Part shown: positions 9,509 through 18,999 of the stretch, piece after piece
How positions within the stretch are numbered: position 1 is the first letter of the stretch
Layout: every line of letters begins with the position of its first letter
DNA from: Lutimonas sp.
Lineage (GTDB): Bacteria > Bacteroidota > Bacteroidia > Flavobacteriales > Flavobacteriaceae
Length of the DNA stretch: 39,721 nt
Direction of reading: 5' to 3'
NCBI GenBank assembly: GCA_041554895.1
Contig: JBFFLO010000001.1
Coordinates: forward strand, 1 to 39,721
Notes under the pieces: generated by a model
What the model was told of the DNA's origin: nothing
Seen by the model: the letters and a program-made list of their open reading frames with translations, nothing else
Database searches by the model: none
Translations under genes and position numbers: made by a program

Positions 9509-10834
9509 TTACGATAAAAAGCTTAAAATGATACCTGCGGCAATCGCTGATCCTATAACACCTGAAACATTAGGTGCCATAGCGTGCATCAGGAGGTAAT
9601 TATGAGGATCTGATTTTAAAGCCTCGGCGTGCACTACCCGCGCACTGTCAGGTACTGCTGAAACTCCGGCTGCCCCAATAAGAGGGTTGATCTTGTTTTC
9701 GCCTTTTAAGAAACGGTTCATAAATTTGGCAAACAACAGACCTCCCATGGTGGCAATAACAAAAGATATGGCTCCTAAACCGAAAATAAGCAGTGAATCT
9801 TTGGTGATAAATATATCAGCCTGAGTTGATGCCCCAACTGTTACGCCAAGAAGAATCGTCACAATATCGATGAGTTTGGTTCTTGCCGTATCTGCCAGTC
9901 TTTCGGTTCTTCCTGATTCCTTTAAAAGGTTGCCAAAGAATAACATACCCAACAAAGGTAAGGCGCTGGGAGATATAAAGGTAGTCAATAATAAGGCTAC
10001 CACGGGGAAGATCATTTTTTCCTTATGGGAAACCGCTCTTGGTGGTTTCATTCTTATTTTCCTTTCTTCCTTGGAGGTCAACAACCTCATCAAAGGAGGT
10101 TGAATGACCGGAACAAGTGCCATATATGAATAGGCAGCAATGGCTATGGGTCCGATCAGGTTTTTAACGGTCGTGCCATCGGCCAAAACATTAATACCAT
10201 TGGCAAGCTTAGAAGATAAAAAGATCGCAGTAGGGCCATCGGCGCCTCCAATGATCCCGATTGCTCCGGCCTCAGGCAAATTAAAACCCAGATAGAGCGC
10301 TCCGATAAAAGTAGCAAAGACACCGATTTGAGCAGCAGCACCCAAAAGCATAAGTTTTGGGTTGGCAATAAGGGATGAGAAATCGGTCATGGCACCAATC
10401 CCCAAAAATATCAAGGGAGGATAAATACCCTTTACGACACCAAAGTATAAATAATTTAATACAGAACCGCTTTCATAGATTCCGGTTTGATTTCCGGGAA
10501 CAAAAGGGACATTACCAATAATGACCCCTGCTCCGATAGGGATAAGTAACAAGGGTTCGTAATCGTATTTGATGCCAAGGTATATAAAGATGATCCCTAT
10601 CAAAATCATGATGAGGTTACCGGAAGTTGCATTGGCAAATCCTGTGAAATTATAGAACCTCTTTAAACCGTTAAAGGCTTCAGATACAGTTGAACCCATT
10701 TCATTGTCCAGGCTTTGGGAGATTACATCAAGCGAGGCGATCTCAACAGGTTCTGCAAGGCTCCCTATACTCAATAAGGGCTGCAAGAGCAGGAGCAAGG
10801 CCAGGGTTCCAAATATGGTATACAGTCTTTTCAT
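9509..10834 (-). CDS. mmdB: Na+-translocating decarboxylase beta subunit (methylmalonyl-CoA decarboxylase)
   Basis: EPLLLIPIG, PPLIFLGIGAMTDF, LLGAAAQIG, IGIIGGADGPTAI, AAYSYMALVP, GAAGVSAVP and HAMAPNVSGVIGSA. Confidence 0.93.
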   Translation of the reverse strand: MKRLYTIFGTLALLLLLQPLLSIGSLAEPVEIASLDVISQSLDNEMGSTVSEAFNGLKRFYNFTGFANATSGNLIMILIGIIFIYLGIKYDYEPLLLIPIGAGVIIGNVPFVPGNQTGIYESGSVLNYLYFGVVKGIYPPLIFLGIGAMTDFSSLIANPKLMLLGAAAQIGVFATFIGALYLGFNLPEAGAIGIIGGADGPTAIFLSSKLANGINVLADGTTVKNLIGPIAIAAYSYMALVPVIQPPLMRLLTSKEERKIRMKPPRAVSHKEKMIFPVVALLLTTFISPSALPLLGMLFFGNLLKESGRTERLADTARTKLIDIVTILLGVTVGASTQADIFITKDSLLIFGLGAISFVIATMGGLLFAKFMNRFLKGENKINPLIGAAGVSAVPDSARVVHAEALKSDPHNYLLMHAMAPNVSGVIGSAIAAGIILSFLS

Positions 10835-10902
10835 TGTTTTTTGTTTTCTGTCAATACATGAATCTCAAACTTTTGCAAAACGCTAAAGTCTTTTCATCGC
10901 AT

Positions 10903-11322
10903 TTACACTAGTTCTATCATCACTTCGTTTTGTAATACTTTTTGCCCTGCGCTCACGAGTACAGCTGTAACCTTACCTGCTTTTTCGGAAGTGATGTTAT
11001 TTTCCATCTTCATTGCTTCCAATTGAACCAAACGATCACCCACTTTCACAGAATCGCCAACTTTCACATCGACAACCATAATAGATCCGGGAATCGGGGC
11101 GAGAATTTTTGTCTTTTTGGAAGAAGGGTTAACCTTAAGCGGTTCAACCGGTCTCTTTGAAGCAGATCTTATCAGTGTTGGGGTTTTGGAGGGTTTGATA
11201 TCTTCTTTTAGTTGCACTTTGTATCTGGTTCCGTTTACTTCAAGATCAATATTGTTTCCCTCATGCGACAACAATAAAACATGGTAATTATTTTCGTGCA
11301 CTTTGAATTTAAATGATTTCAT
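10903..11322 (-). CDS. mmdC: Biotin carboxyl carrier (gamma) subunit of the Na+-decarboxylase
   Basis: Biotinylation motif LEAMKMEN and APIPG; operon context. Confidence 0.9.
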   Translation of the reverse strand: MKSFKFKVHENNYHVLLLSHEGNNIDLEVNGTRYKVQLKEDIKPSKTPTLIRSASKRPVEPLKVNPSSKKTKILAPIPGSIMVVDVKVGDSVKVGDRLVQLEAMKMENNITSEKAGKVTAVLVSAGQKVLQNEVMIELV

Positions 11323-11368
11323 TTTTTCTGATTTTCGGGTTGTTCAAGTCATTTAGGATGCCCTAATA

Positions 11369-11728
11369 TTACAATTTATGGTGAATGCCATAAATTTTAG
11401 AACTCCAAGGTGAATATGACTTTTCAGCCTTTTTAATAGTCAATATCGGATTTTCAAAATCGTGTTGTTCACTGAGATACATATGAATGGCCGCAGCGAT
11501 AACGGCAGCTTCCTCACCGGTAAATTTTTCATTGGCCGTTATGGCGATATCTTTGATCTTCTTGTCAGGGCCTTTTGTAATGATTTTATAAACATAGAGC
11601 AGTACGGGTAAGCCAAATTTAAAGAACAATGAAAGCATCAACAGGGCACTGAAGACGATTACCAGGCCAGAAAACAGGATCATGTATCCTTCTCTTATTT
11701 GCGTCATTAAAATAATGGTTGGTATCAT
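11369..11728 (-). CDS. mmdD: OadG/MmdD-family membrane anchor (delta) subunit
   Basis: One TM helix (GLVIVFSALLMLSLFF), EAAVIAAAIH and C-terminal YSPWSSKIYG. 1-nt overlap with mmdA. Confidence 0.82.
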   Translation of the reverse strand: MIPTIILMTQIREGYMILFSGLVIVFSALLMLSLFFKFGLPVLLYVYKIITKGPDKKIKDIAITANEKFTGEEAAVIAAAIHMYLSEQHDFENPILTIKKAEKSYSPWSSKIYGIHHKL

Positions 11729-13287
11729 TATAATGGAATATTTGAATGTTTCTTTGGAGGATTGACCTCTTTTTTATTGGCTAACAACTCAAGAGCCCGG
11801 ATAATTCTAAAACGGGTATTCCTTGGCTCTATGACATCATCGATAAAGCCATATTTTGCAGCTTCATACGGATTGGCGAATTTTTTAGTGTATTCATCTT
11901 CTTTTTGAGAGATGTATTCTCTTTTTTCCTGGTCATCGTCAATTTTATTGATGTTCCTGCCCTCGAGAACCTCAACGGCCCCTTTGGCTCCCATTACAGC
12001 AATTTCGGCAGTTGGCCATGCATAATTGATATCCCCCCTAAGTTGCTTGCAACTCATGACATCATGCGCACCACCGTATGATTTACGCAGCGTAATGGTG
12101 ACTTTAGGAACGGTGGCTTCCCCATAAGCGAACAGCAGTTTGGCCCCGTGAAGTATGATTCCCCCATATTCCTGACCTGTGCCAGGAAGGAAACCAGGAA
12201 CATCTACTAATGTCACTATAGGTATGTTAAAGGCATCACAAAACCTAACAAAACGGGCTGCTTTCCTGGAGGCTTCAATGTCTAAGACACCGGCATAATA
12301 CTTAGGTTGGTTTGCGACGATTCCAGCGGGTCTGCCATTAAAACGCCCAAAACCTACAACAATATTTCTCGCATAATTTCTGTGCACTTCCATAAATTCT
12401 CCCCTGTCAGTGATTGTGGAAATTATATCGACCATATCATAAGGTTGATTAGGATTTTCAGGAATGATTTCGTTCAAGATGTCCTCAAGCCTGTCAATAG
12501 GATCGGAACATTTGATAATTGGTGGATCCTCCAAATTGTTTGAAGGCAGATAACTCATCAATTTTCTGACCAGTAGAATGTTTTCCTCATCATTTTCAGC
12601 CAGGAAATGGGAAACCCCCGATTTTGTAGAATGGATATGAGCTCCTCCTAATTCTTCTGTTGTCACCACTTCTCCGGTAACGGTTTCAACTACCTTGGGA
12701 CCTGTAACGAACATATAACTTGTCTTTTCGGTCATGATGGTAAAATCGGTAAGGGCAGGAGAATACACTGCTCCACCGGCACATGGTCCGAGAATAGATG
12801 AAATCTGAGGTATAACGCCTGAAGCCATGATATTTCGTTGGAAGATTTCGGCATAACCTGCTAAAGACCGTACACCTTCCTGAATTCTGGCACCACCACT
12901 GTCATTTAATCCTATAACCGGAGCTCCGATTTTCATGGCCATATCCATGATCTTACAGATCTTTAAGGCGTAAGTTTCCGAAAGTGAGCCTCCAAAAACT
13001 GTGAAATCCTGCGAAAACACGTACACTGTTCTTCCGTCTATGGTTCCATGACCGGTAATGACACCATCAGAAAGAAATTTTTGCTTGTCAAGCCCGAATG
13101 ATTTTGTCCGGTGTGTAACGAACATGTCAAATTCTTCAAAACTGTCATCGTCAACAAGCAGGTCTATTCTTTCACGGGCCGTTAATTTGCCTTTGGCATG
13201 CTGAGAATCGATTCTTTTTTCGCCTCCTCCTAATTTAGCTTTAACTCTTTTTTCAATGAGCTCATTAATTTTTGTTTGATTCACCAT
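11728..13287 (-). CDS. mmdA: Acyl-CoA carboxyltransferase (methylmalonyl-CoA decarboxylase alpha / PccB family)
   Basis: [49 protein letters not shown] and KKHSNIPL. Confidence 0.93.
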   Translation of the reverse strand: MVNQTKINELIEKRVKAKLGGGEKRIDSQHAKGKLTARERIDLLVDDDSFEEFDMFVTHRTKSFGLDKQKFLSDGVITGHGTIDGRTVYVFSQDFTVFGGSLSETYALKICKIMDMAMKIGAPVIGLNDSGGARIQEGVRSLAGYAEIFQRNIMASGVIPQISSILGPCAGGAVYSPALTDFTIMTEKTSYMFVTGPKVVETVTGEVVTTEELGGAHIHSTKSGVSHFLAENDEENILLVRKLMSYLPSNNLEDPPIIKCSDPIDRLEDILNEIIPENPNQPYDMVDIISTITDRGEFMEVHRNYARNIVVGFGRFNGRPAGIVANQPKYYAGVLDIEASRKAARFVRFCDAFNIPIVTLVDVPGFLPGTGQEYGGIILHGAKLLFAYGEATVPKVTITLRKSYGGAHDVMSCKQLRGDINYAWPTAEIAVMGAKGAVEVLEGRNINKIDDDQEKREYISQKEDEYTKKFANPYEAAKYGFIDDVIEPRNTRFRIIRALELLANKKEVNPPKKHSNIPL

Positions 13288-13348
13288 AGGTTCTAATTTA
13301 AAAGGTATCTAATAGGTTGATTTCTGATTGTGATCAGAAGAGATAATT

Positions 13349-13750
13349 TTACTTTGAGCAAAGTTCAGTAAGGACCCCATGTGTAGACTTAGGGTGAAGA
13401 AACCCAATGTTTAAGCCTTCTGCGCCTGGTCTGGAAACTTTATCTACCAGTTGTATCCCCTTTTGAGAAAGATCTTCAAGTGCTTCAGAGGCATCAGGTA
13501 CGGCAAAGGCAATATGATGCATGCCTTCTCCTTTTTTTTCAATGAATTTGCCAATGGGTCCGTCGGGAGCTGTACTTTCCAGCAGCTCAATTTTGGTGTC
13601 TCCGACTTGAAAAAAGGCGGTTTTAACTTTTTGGTCTTTAACTTCTTCCACTGCATAGCAAGTCAAGCCTAAAACTTCTTCATAATATTTTCTGGATTCT
13701 TCAATGCTTTTTACAGCGATTCCGATATGTTCGATGTGACTGATATTCAT
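13349..13750 (-). CDS. mce: Methylmalonyl-CoA epimerase
   Basis: VOC-fold motifs IEHIGIAV, KIELLE, EGMHHIAF and FLHPKSTHGVLTEL. Confidence 0.95.
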   Translation of the reverse strand: MNISHIEHIGIAVKSIEESRKYYEEVLGLTCYAVEEVKDQKVKTAFFQVGDTKIELLESTAPDGPIGKFIEKKGEGMHHIAFAVPDASEALEDLSQKGIQLVDKVSRPGAEGLNIGFLHPKSTHGVLTELCSK

Positions 13751-13788
13751 TGGTTTTGATTTTTGAAGATAGTGTTTGAAAGACCATG

Positions 13789-13816
13789 CAAAATTATTTA
13801 TAAGATCGACTTCAAA
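13789..13816 (-). promoter_or_regulatory. Sigma-A promoter of the mce-mmd-mut operon
   Basis: Minus-strand TAATTTTG at 13796-13789 (TAnnTTTG) and TTTG at 13816-13813; the 16-nt spacing is shorter than typical. Confidence 0.6.
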
Positions 13817-13818
13817 GC

Positions 13819-13832
13819 ATGACTAATGTCAT
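13819..13832. promoter_or_regulatory. Palindromic CRP/FNR-like operator ATGAC-N4-GTCAT
   Basis: Perfect 5-4-5 inverted repeat ATGACTAATGTCAT immediately upstream of the promoter elements. Confidence 0.55.
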
Positions 13833-14331
13833 CAACTGTTTTTTAAGGGTATAACATGTTTCAAATTTTTGAATTATAATAGGATTTGATTCTGAATTTT
13901 TGAACCAATCGCCTCAAAACATCAAATTATTCTGAATAACACCAAGCTTTCATTGGGAATTCCATAACGAGCTATTTCTATGTTTTACAGTGATTTAGAC
14001 CTGTGATTCAGGCCATTAATTCCTAGTGTTTTAATGTTGTGGAAAGGACAGGTCTTTTTTCAGGGTTCATTTTATTCATGGATCCAATATGACCCAAATG
14101 ATCATGGCAATGTTCACGAATATTCTAAAAATTTTGGCAACAGCTGCCGTATTTTTCATCGATGATGGGATTCCAAAGCTTCTGTCACAGACCAGTCACA
14201 AAATCTTTCCATTCGGCAGTCTGATGATAAGCCTTGTTTTTTAATGTCAAAACAATGACCTCCTTTTGAATACATAGACAGCGCTGCATGATCCAAATCC
14301 TTCAAATAAAAATGGGAAGCTTGGAGTTCAG

Positions 14332-15600
14332 TTAATTGAGCAACCGTTCTGAATTGGTCGCGCCCAATCCTATGACCTGGTCATAGCGATCCCCAAATTT
14401 TCTGTAATATACGATCACAGTGTATTCATTTTCGGTTTGATAAAAGGAGCCTTCAACCTTATAAGGATTGATCCTGAAATCTTTGTTTACGGCTACATAG
14501 GTATAATTATAAAAACCCTGTTTAAAAAGCATGGTGGCTTCGTAAAGGCCGGTATCGGCGTTGAAGGCCATTTTATTTTCAGGGGTGATCTGCCAGTCAT
14601 TGAAATTTCCATAAATGTAGACATCATCCTGCTCAAAGTTATCACCGTACTTTAAGCTGAAATGCACCCAGGAATAATCGCCTTCGAGTGAAACATCTTC
14701 AGCATCAAGCGTTCTTAATACAAAGTTGCCATTGATATCAGGATAAAAAGTATAAGGCCTGTTTCCGCGGGCTTCGTTGGCATATAAATAGGTGTTGAAG
14801 ATATTGTCTAACCGGGTTTTGAAAATGTTATTGGTAGCATTTCTGATCTCCTTGGTGTCAAAATAAAGGTACTCATTGCCGGCCCAATACGATATGCCAT
14901 CCACATAGTTGTACCAAAGTTGTGTGCCTCGTGTATATTTTGGTTTGATCCCTTTGATCACAGAATTCCAGTCGTTGTTCTGGTAAACATCAACTTTGAT
15001 CTCCTGATTGGGATCATTCAATAGCAGGTTAGGGTGGTTGATCTGGAATTGTATGCTGTGTTGCGCATTTATTTTTGAAGGATCAGTACTCCTGTGCGCG
15101 CTTACTGCCACGTTTACTTTAGGTTGATAGATAATAAACCTGCGGGTGAATAAAACATTTCCATAATTGTCCAAAATACTGATCAAATAATTACCGCTTA
15201 TTTTGATCCTGTTATTTTCATTTGGGATTTCAAGCTCGTAATGTGTATAGTATTGCAGCGTATTAAACGAATTTTGGTAGTTTCTGAACCTGTCTGTAGC
15301 ATATCCTGTCATGTATTCGGTAGAGGATAAATTTGATACTTGCCAGTTGTAGTCACAGTGCTCAATCTTATAAGAATAGATCTTTTGTTCAGCATTGATG
15401 TCATCAAAACTGAGCCTAAGTTTTTCTCCCAACTTGACAATTGGTGCATAAGACTCAGGATCCAAAGGTTTAAATTCAATGGTTTTAATATATGAGGGCG
15501 CCGGGATGATATTATTTTGCTGCGCCTGTAATTCAAAGAAACAAAGGGCAATTGACAATAAGAAAATCGTTTTTTTTAAAAATACAGAATCTATATGCAT
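14332..15600 (-). CDS. DUF5103 family protein (T9SS plug-like), secreted
   Basis: Signal peptide ending LQA|Q; motifs LSFDD, YKIEHCDYNW, SFNTLQYYTHY, AGNEY, DINGNF, KQGFYNY and GSFYQTENEY. Start uncertain (15600 versus 15666). Confidence 0.8.
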   Translation of the reverse strand: MHIDSVFLKKTIFLLSIALCFFELQAQQNNIIPAPSYIKTIEFKPLDPESYAPIVKLGEKLRLSFDDINAEQKIYSYKIEHCDYNWQVSNLSSTEYMTGYATDRFRNYQNSFNTLQYYTHYELEIPNENNRIKISGNYLISILDNYGNVLFTRRFIIYQPKVNVAVSAHRSTDPSKINAQHSIQFQINHPNLLLNDPNQEIKVDVYQNNDWNSVIKGIKPKYTRGTQLWYNYVDGISYWAGNEYLYFDTKEIRNATNNIFKTRLDNIFNTYLYANEARGNRPYTFYPDINGNFVLRTLDAEDVSLEGDYSWVHFSLKYGDNFEQDDVYIYGNFNDWQITPENKMAFNADTGLYEATMLFKQGFYNYTYVAVNKDFRINPYKVEGSFYQTENEYTVIVYYRKFGDRYDQVIGLGATNSERLLN

Positions 15601-15724
15601 CTGTTTTGTAGCGTGTTGTGCAATAATTGCTTGTTTTTTTACTGAGTTAGGTGAACAAAAGTCCATTCATTTATTCATTCCAAATAAATGTTAATTAAAT
15701 GCTAATCTATAAAATATTAATTAT

Positions 15725-15732
15725 TAAATTTG
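15725..15732 (+). promoter_or_regulatory. Sigma-A -7 element for the nqr operon
   Basis: TAAATTTG(C) about 80 nt upstream of nqrA. Confidence 0.55.
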
Positions 15733-15811
15733 CCCTCGATTAAGAAACAATTAATTTTTCCTTTTTACAGCCATTGTATAACAAAGGAGAATTTATTTAA
15801 TTAAGCAAAGT

Positions 15812-17158
15812 ATGTCAACAGACATTAAAATTAAAAAGGGCTTGAATATTAAGCTCAAAGGAGTGGCCGCTCAAGAAATATCTACGGCGAATCGCTCAAA
15901 AACTTTTGCTATCGATCCATCAAATTTTCACGGAATACTACCAAAATTATCTGTAAAAGAGGGTGATAAGGTTAAAGTTGGAGATACGGTCTTTTATGCA
16001 AAGAATAATGAGAAGATGAAATTTGTTTCTCCGGTTAGTGGTGAAATCAAAGAGATTGTTCGCGGAGCAAAACGGAAGATATTATCGGTAAAGATCACTG
16101 CAGATCAGAAAGATTCTTATGTTGATTTCGGTGTTAAAACACCAAGTAAGTTAGCAGCTCCTCAGATAAAGGAGTCGTTGCTGGAAAGCGGGTGTTGGCC
16201 TATGATCAAACAGCGTCCGTATGATGTTGTAGCGAATCCGGAAGATTCTCCAAAGGCAATTTTTATTTCTGCTTATTCCACGGCTCCATTGGCAGCCTCT
16301 CATAAGGTAGTTTTAGAGGGAAAAGCAAAAGAATTTCAAACTGGTATTGACGCCTTGGTGAAATTAACTGAAGGAAAAGTTCACTTATCTGTAGGTGCTT
16401 CGGATACTTTTTTAGACCAGGTTACAGGCGTGGTTCTTCATAAGGTCACAGGAAAGCACCCCGCAGGAAATGTAGGGGTTCAGATCGCTCAAGTAGACCC
16501 TGTCAATATAGGAGATAGGGTATGGGTAGTGAATCCTCAGGATGTTGTTTCTATAGGGTCCTTGTTTCTAACAGGTAAATATGACCCGAGCAGGATCATT
16601 GCGCTTGCAGGAAGCCAGGTTGAGGGCCCCCAATATTATGAAGTGATTCAGGGAGCTCAAATGAGTGATATTGTAGCTGGAAAATTGAAAGAAGGCAAAA
16701 GCAGGATGATTAGCGGAAATCCGCTGACTGGTTCGGCTGTTGGCCCGAAAGACTCAATTGGTTTTTATGATGATACCGTAAGTGTTATACCTGAAGGTGA
16801 TCATCATGAATTCTTTGGATGGATGCCATTTATCGGAAATCATAAGTTCAGCATGAGCAGGACATTTTTTTCCTGGTTGTTACCTAACAAGGAATATGAT
16901 CTTGACACCAACCTTAATGGTGAAGAAAGAGCTTTTGTGATCACTGGAGAAATGGAAAGGGTATTTCCTATGGATATCTATCCTATGCAGTTATTAAAGG
17001 CAACCATGATTCAGGATATAGAAAAAATGGAAAACTTAGGGATCTATGAAGTAGCTCCAGAAGATTTCGCATTGATCGACTTTATAAGCACATCCAAGAT
17101 CGAAGCGCAGGAGATCATTCGTGAAGGATTAGATTTAATGATTAAAGAAGTAGGCTAG
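15812..17158 (+). CDS. nqrA: Na+-translocating NADH:quinone reductase subunit A
   Basis: IKIKKGLNIKL, SPVSG, HPAGNVG, GEERA and PMDIYPMQL; first gene of a six-gene cluster. Confidence 0.96.
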   Translation: MSTDIKIKKGLNIKLKGVAAQEISTANRSKTFAIDPSNFHGILPKLSVKEGDKVKVGDTVFYAKNNEKMKFVSPVSGEIKEIVRGAKRKILSVKITADQKDSYVDFGVKTPSKLAAPQIKESLLESGCWPMIKQRPYDVVANPEDSPKAIFISAYSTAPLAASHKVVLEGKAKEFQTGIDALVKLTEGKVHLSVGASDTFLDQVTGVVLHKVTGKHPAGNVGVQIAQVDPVNIGDRVWVVNPQDVVSIGSLFLTGKYDPSRIIALAGSQVEGPQYYEVIQGAQMSDIVAGKLKEGKSRMISGNPLTGSAVGPKDSIGFYDDTVSVIPEGDHHEFFGWMPFIGNHKFSMSRTFFSWLLPNKEYDLDTNLNGEERAFVITGEMERVFPMDIYPMQLLKATMIQDIEKMENLGIYEVAPEDFALIDFISTSKIEAQEIIREGLDLMIKEVG

Positions 17159-18301
17159 ATGAATTTTCTTAGAAAACAATTAGATAAAATTAAGCCCCAT
17201 TTTGATAAAGGGGGGAAATTTGAAAAATATGCACCGGCTTTTAACGGGATAGATACTTTCCTTTTTGTGCCGAATCATACTACTAAACACGGAGCACATA
17301 TCAGGGATGGAATTGACCTGAAAAGGGTAATGATCACTGTGGTAATTGCTTTGTTACCTGCACTTATTTTCGGAATGTGGAATGTCGGTTACCAGAATAT
17401 GGGTGATGGACATGGATTTATGGACTATTTTATTTTCGGAGCAATTCGGTTTTTACCGATGATCATCGTTTCTTATGGAGTAGGACTAGGTATTGAGTTT
17501 GCTTATGCCGTGTTCAGAGGACATGATGTTAACGAAGGCTATTTGGTAACAGGATTGCTGATTCCTATGATCATGCCAATTGATCTTCCATTGTGGATGT
17601 TGGCAGTATCTGTTGTATTTGCTGTTATTCTTGGAAAAGAGGCATTTGGAGGAACGGGAATGAATATTCTAAACCCTGCGCTTGTTGCCAGGGCTTTTGC
17701 TTTATTCTCATACGCTCCTTACATGTCTGGAAATACGGTTTGGGTTGCAGATTCAGTTGCAGACGGTGTTTCGGGAGAAACCATTTTAGGATCACTCGCA
17801 GGAGGTACGGCACCTGAATATGGTTGGTTTGATATGTTTATGGGATATGTTCCCGGTTCAGTTGGTGAAACATCTGTATTGATGATCCTGATAGGAGCAG
17901 CATTACTGCTGTTTGCAGGTATTGCAAGCTGGAGAATCATGATTTCCTGTTTATTGGGAGCGGCTCTTATGGGGCTTCTGTTCAATGCAATAGGATCTGA
18001 AACAAATGAATTATTGAATTTTCCCTGGTGGCAGCATTTATTGGCTGGAGGTTTTGCTTTTGGTTTGGTATTCATGGCAACTGATCCTGTTTCAGCAGCG
18101 CAAACAACAAAGGGAAAATGGATTTACGGATTTCTAATAGGAGTCTTTGCTATCCTGATCAGAGTAGTGAACCCCACCTTGCCCGAAGGAATGATGATGG
18201 CGATTTTATTAATGAATGTCTTTGCACCTACCATCGATCATTATGTTGTTGAAGGGAATATAAAGAGAAGAAAAAAGAGATTACAAAAAGTTAAGGCATA
18301 G
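17159..18301 (+). CDS. nqrB: Na+-NQR subunit B
   Basis: HIRDGIDLKRVM, VNEGYLVTG, KEAFGGTGMNILNPAL, FMN site SGET, PGSVGETS and FMATDPVS. Confidence 0.96.
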   Translation: MNFLRKQLDKIKPHFDKGGKFEKYAPAFNGIDTFLFVPNHTTKHGAHIRDGIDLKRVMITVVIALLPALIFGMWNVGYQNMGDGHGFMDYFIFGAIRFLPMIIVSYGVGLGIEFAYAVFRGHDVNEGYLVTGLLIPMIMPIDLPLWMLAVSVVFAVILGKEAFGGTGMNILNPALVARAFALFSYAPYMSGNTVWVADSVADGVSGETILGSLAGGTAPEYGWFDMFMGYVPGSVGETSVLMILIGAALLLFAGIASWRIMISCLLGAALMGLLFNAIGSETNELLNFPWWQHLLAGGFAFGLVFMATDPVSAAQTTKGKWIYGFLIGVFAILIRVVNPTLPEGMMMAILLMNVFAPTIDHYVVEGNIKRRKKRLQKVKA

Positions 18302-18303
18302 TT

Positions 18304-18999
18304 ATGGATAGAAATAGCAACATTTATACTTTTGTTTTTGCCATTATCATGGTTGTAGTCGTGGCAGCAGCACTTGCTTTTACAGCAACTACGCTGAAAC
18401 CATTACAAGCAGAGAACGTAAGGCAGGAAAAGATGCAAAATATCTTATCGACCATTGGTATCAATATTAGCCGTAAAGAAGCTAGCGAGCAATTTTCACA
18501 ATATGTGAAGCAGGAGTTGGCGCTTAATGCTGACGGAACGGTTAACGAGGAAGTAGATGCCTTTAAGGTCGAGTTGATGAAGGAGACTAAGAAATCAAAA
18601 GAGGAACAGGCATTTCCATTGTATATTGCTGAAAAAGATGGAAAGACTTTTTATGTCATTCCACTTTTTGGGGCAGGGCTTTGGAAAGAGATCTGGGGTT
18701 ATATAGCCTTGGATAGTGATAAAAATACCATAATTGGTGCTTCATTCGATCATGCAGGTGAGACTGCCGGACTGGGTGCTGAGATCAACCAGTCCTGGTA
18801 TGAGGACCAATATATAGGAAAGAAAATTTTCGACGAAAATAACAACTTCGTGTCCGTAAAGGCAGTCAAAGGTGGCGCTAAAGCAGGAGATATGCACGCA
18901 GTTGATGCTATTTCAGGAGGAACAATTACTTCTGATGGAGTTTCTAACATGGTCGAAGAGAGATTAGGAAACTATTTACCATACTTTAAAAACAATTAA
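18304..18999 (+). CDS. nqrC: Na+-NQR subunit C
   Basis: N-terminal TM helix, GAGLW, HAGETAGLGAEI and FMN site VDAISGGTITS. Confidence 0.95.
   Translation: MDRNSNIYTFVFAIIMVVVVAAALAFTATTLKPLQAENVRQEKMQNILSTIGINISRKEASEQFSQYVKQELALNADGTVNEEVDAFKVELMKETKKSKEEQAFPLYIAEKDGKTFYVIPLFGAGLWKEIWGYIALDSDKNTIIGASFDHAGETAGLGAEINQSWYEDQYIGKKIFDENNNFVSVKAVKGGAKAGDMHAVDAISGGTITSDGVSNMVEERLGNYLPYFKNN

Noticed and set aside
11728-13287. Reading the carboxyltransferase as propionyl-CoA carboxylase (PccB)
   Set aside because: No biotin carboxylase is in the cluster, while OadG-like and beta membrane subunits are adjacent, which favours a decarboxylase.
4168-13832. Cobalamin riboswitch expected near B12-dependent mutase genes
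   Set aside because: No B12-box or other recognisable riboswitch motif was seen, and the predicted mce 5' UTR is only about 35 nt.
13850-13880. AT-only inverted repeat TTCAAA-TT-TTTGAA
   Set aside because: Low complexity with a 2-nt loop; likely chance.
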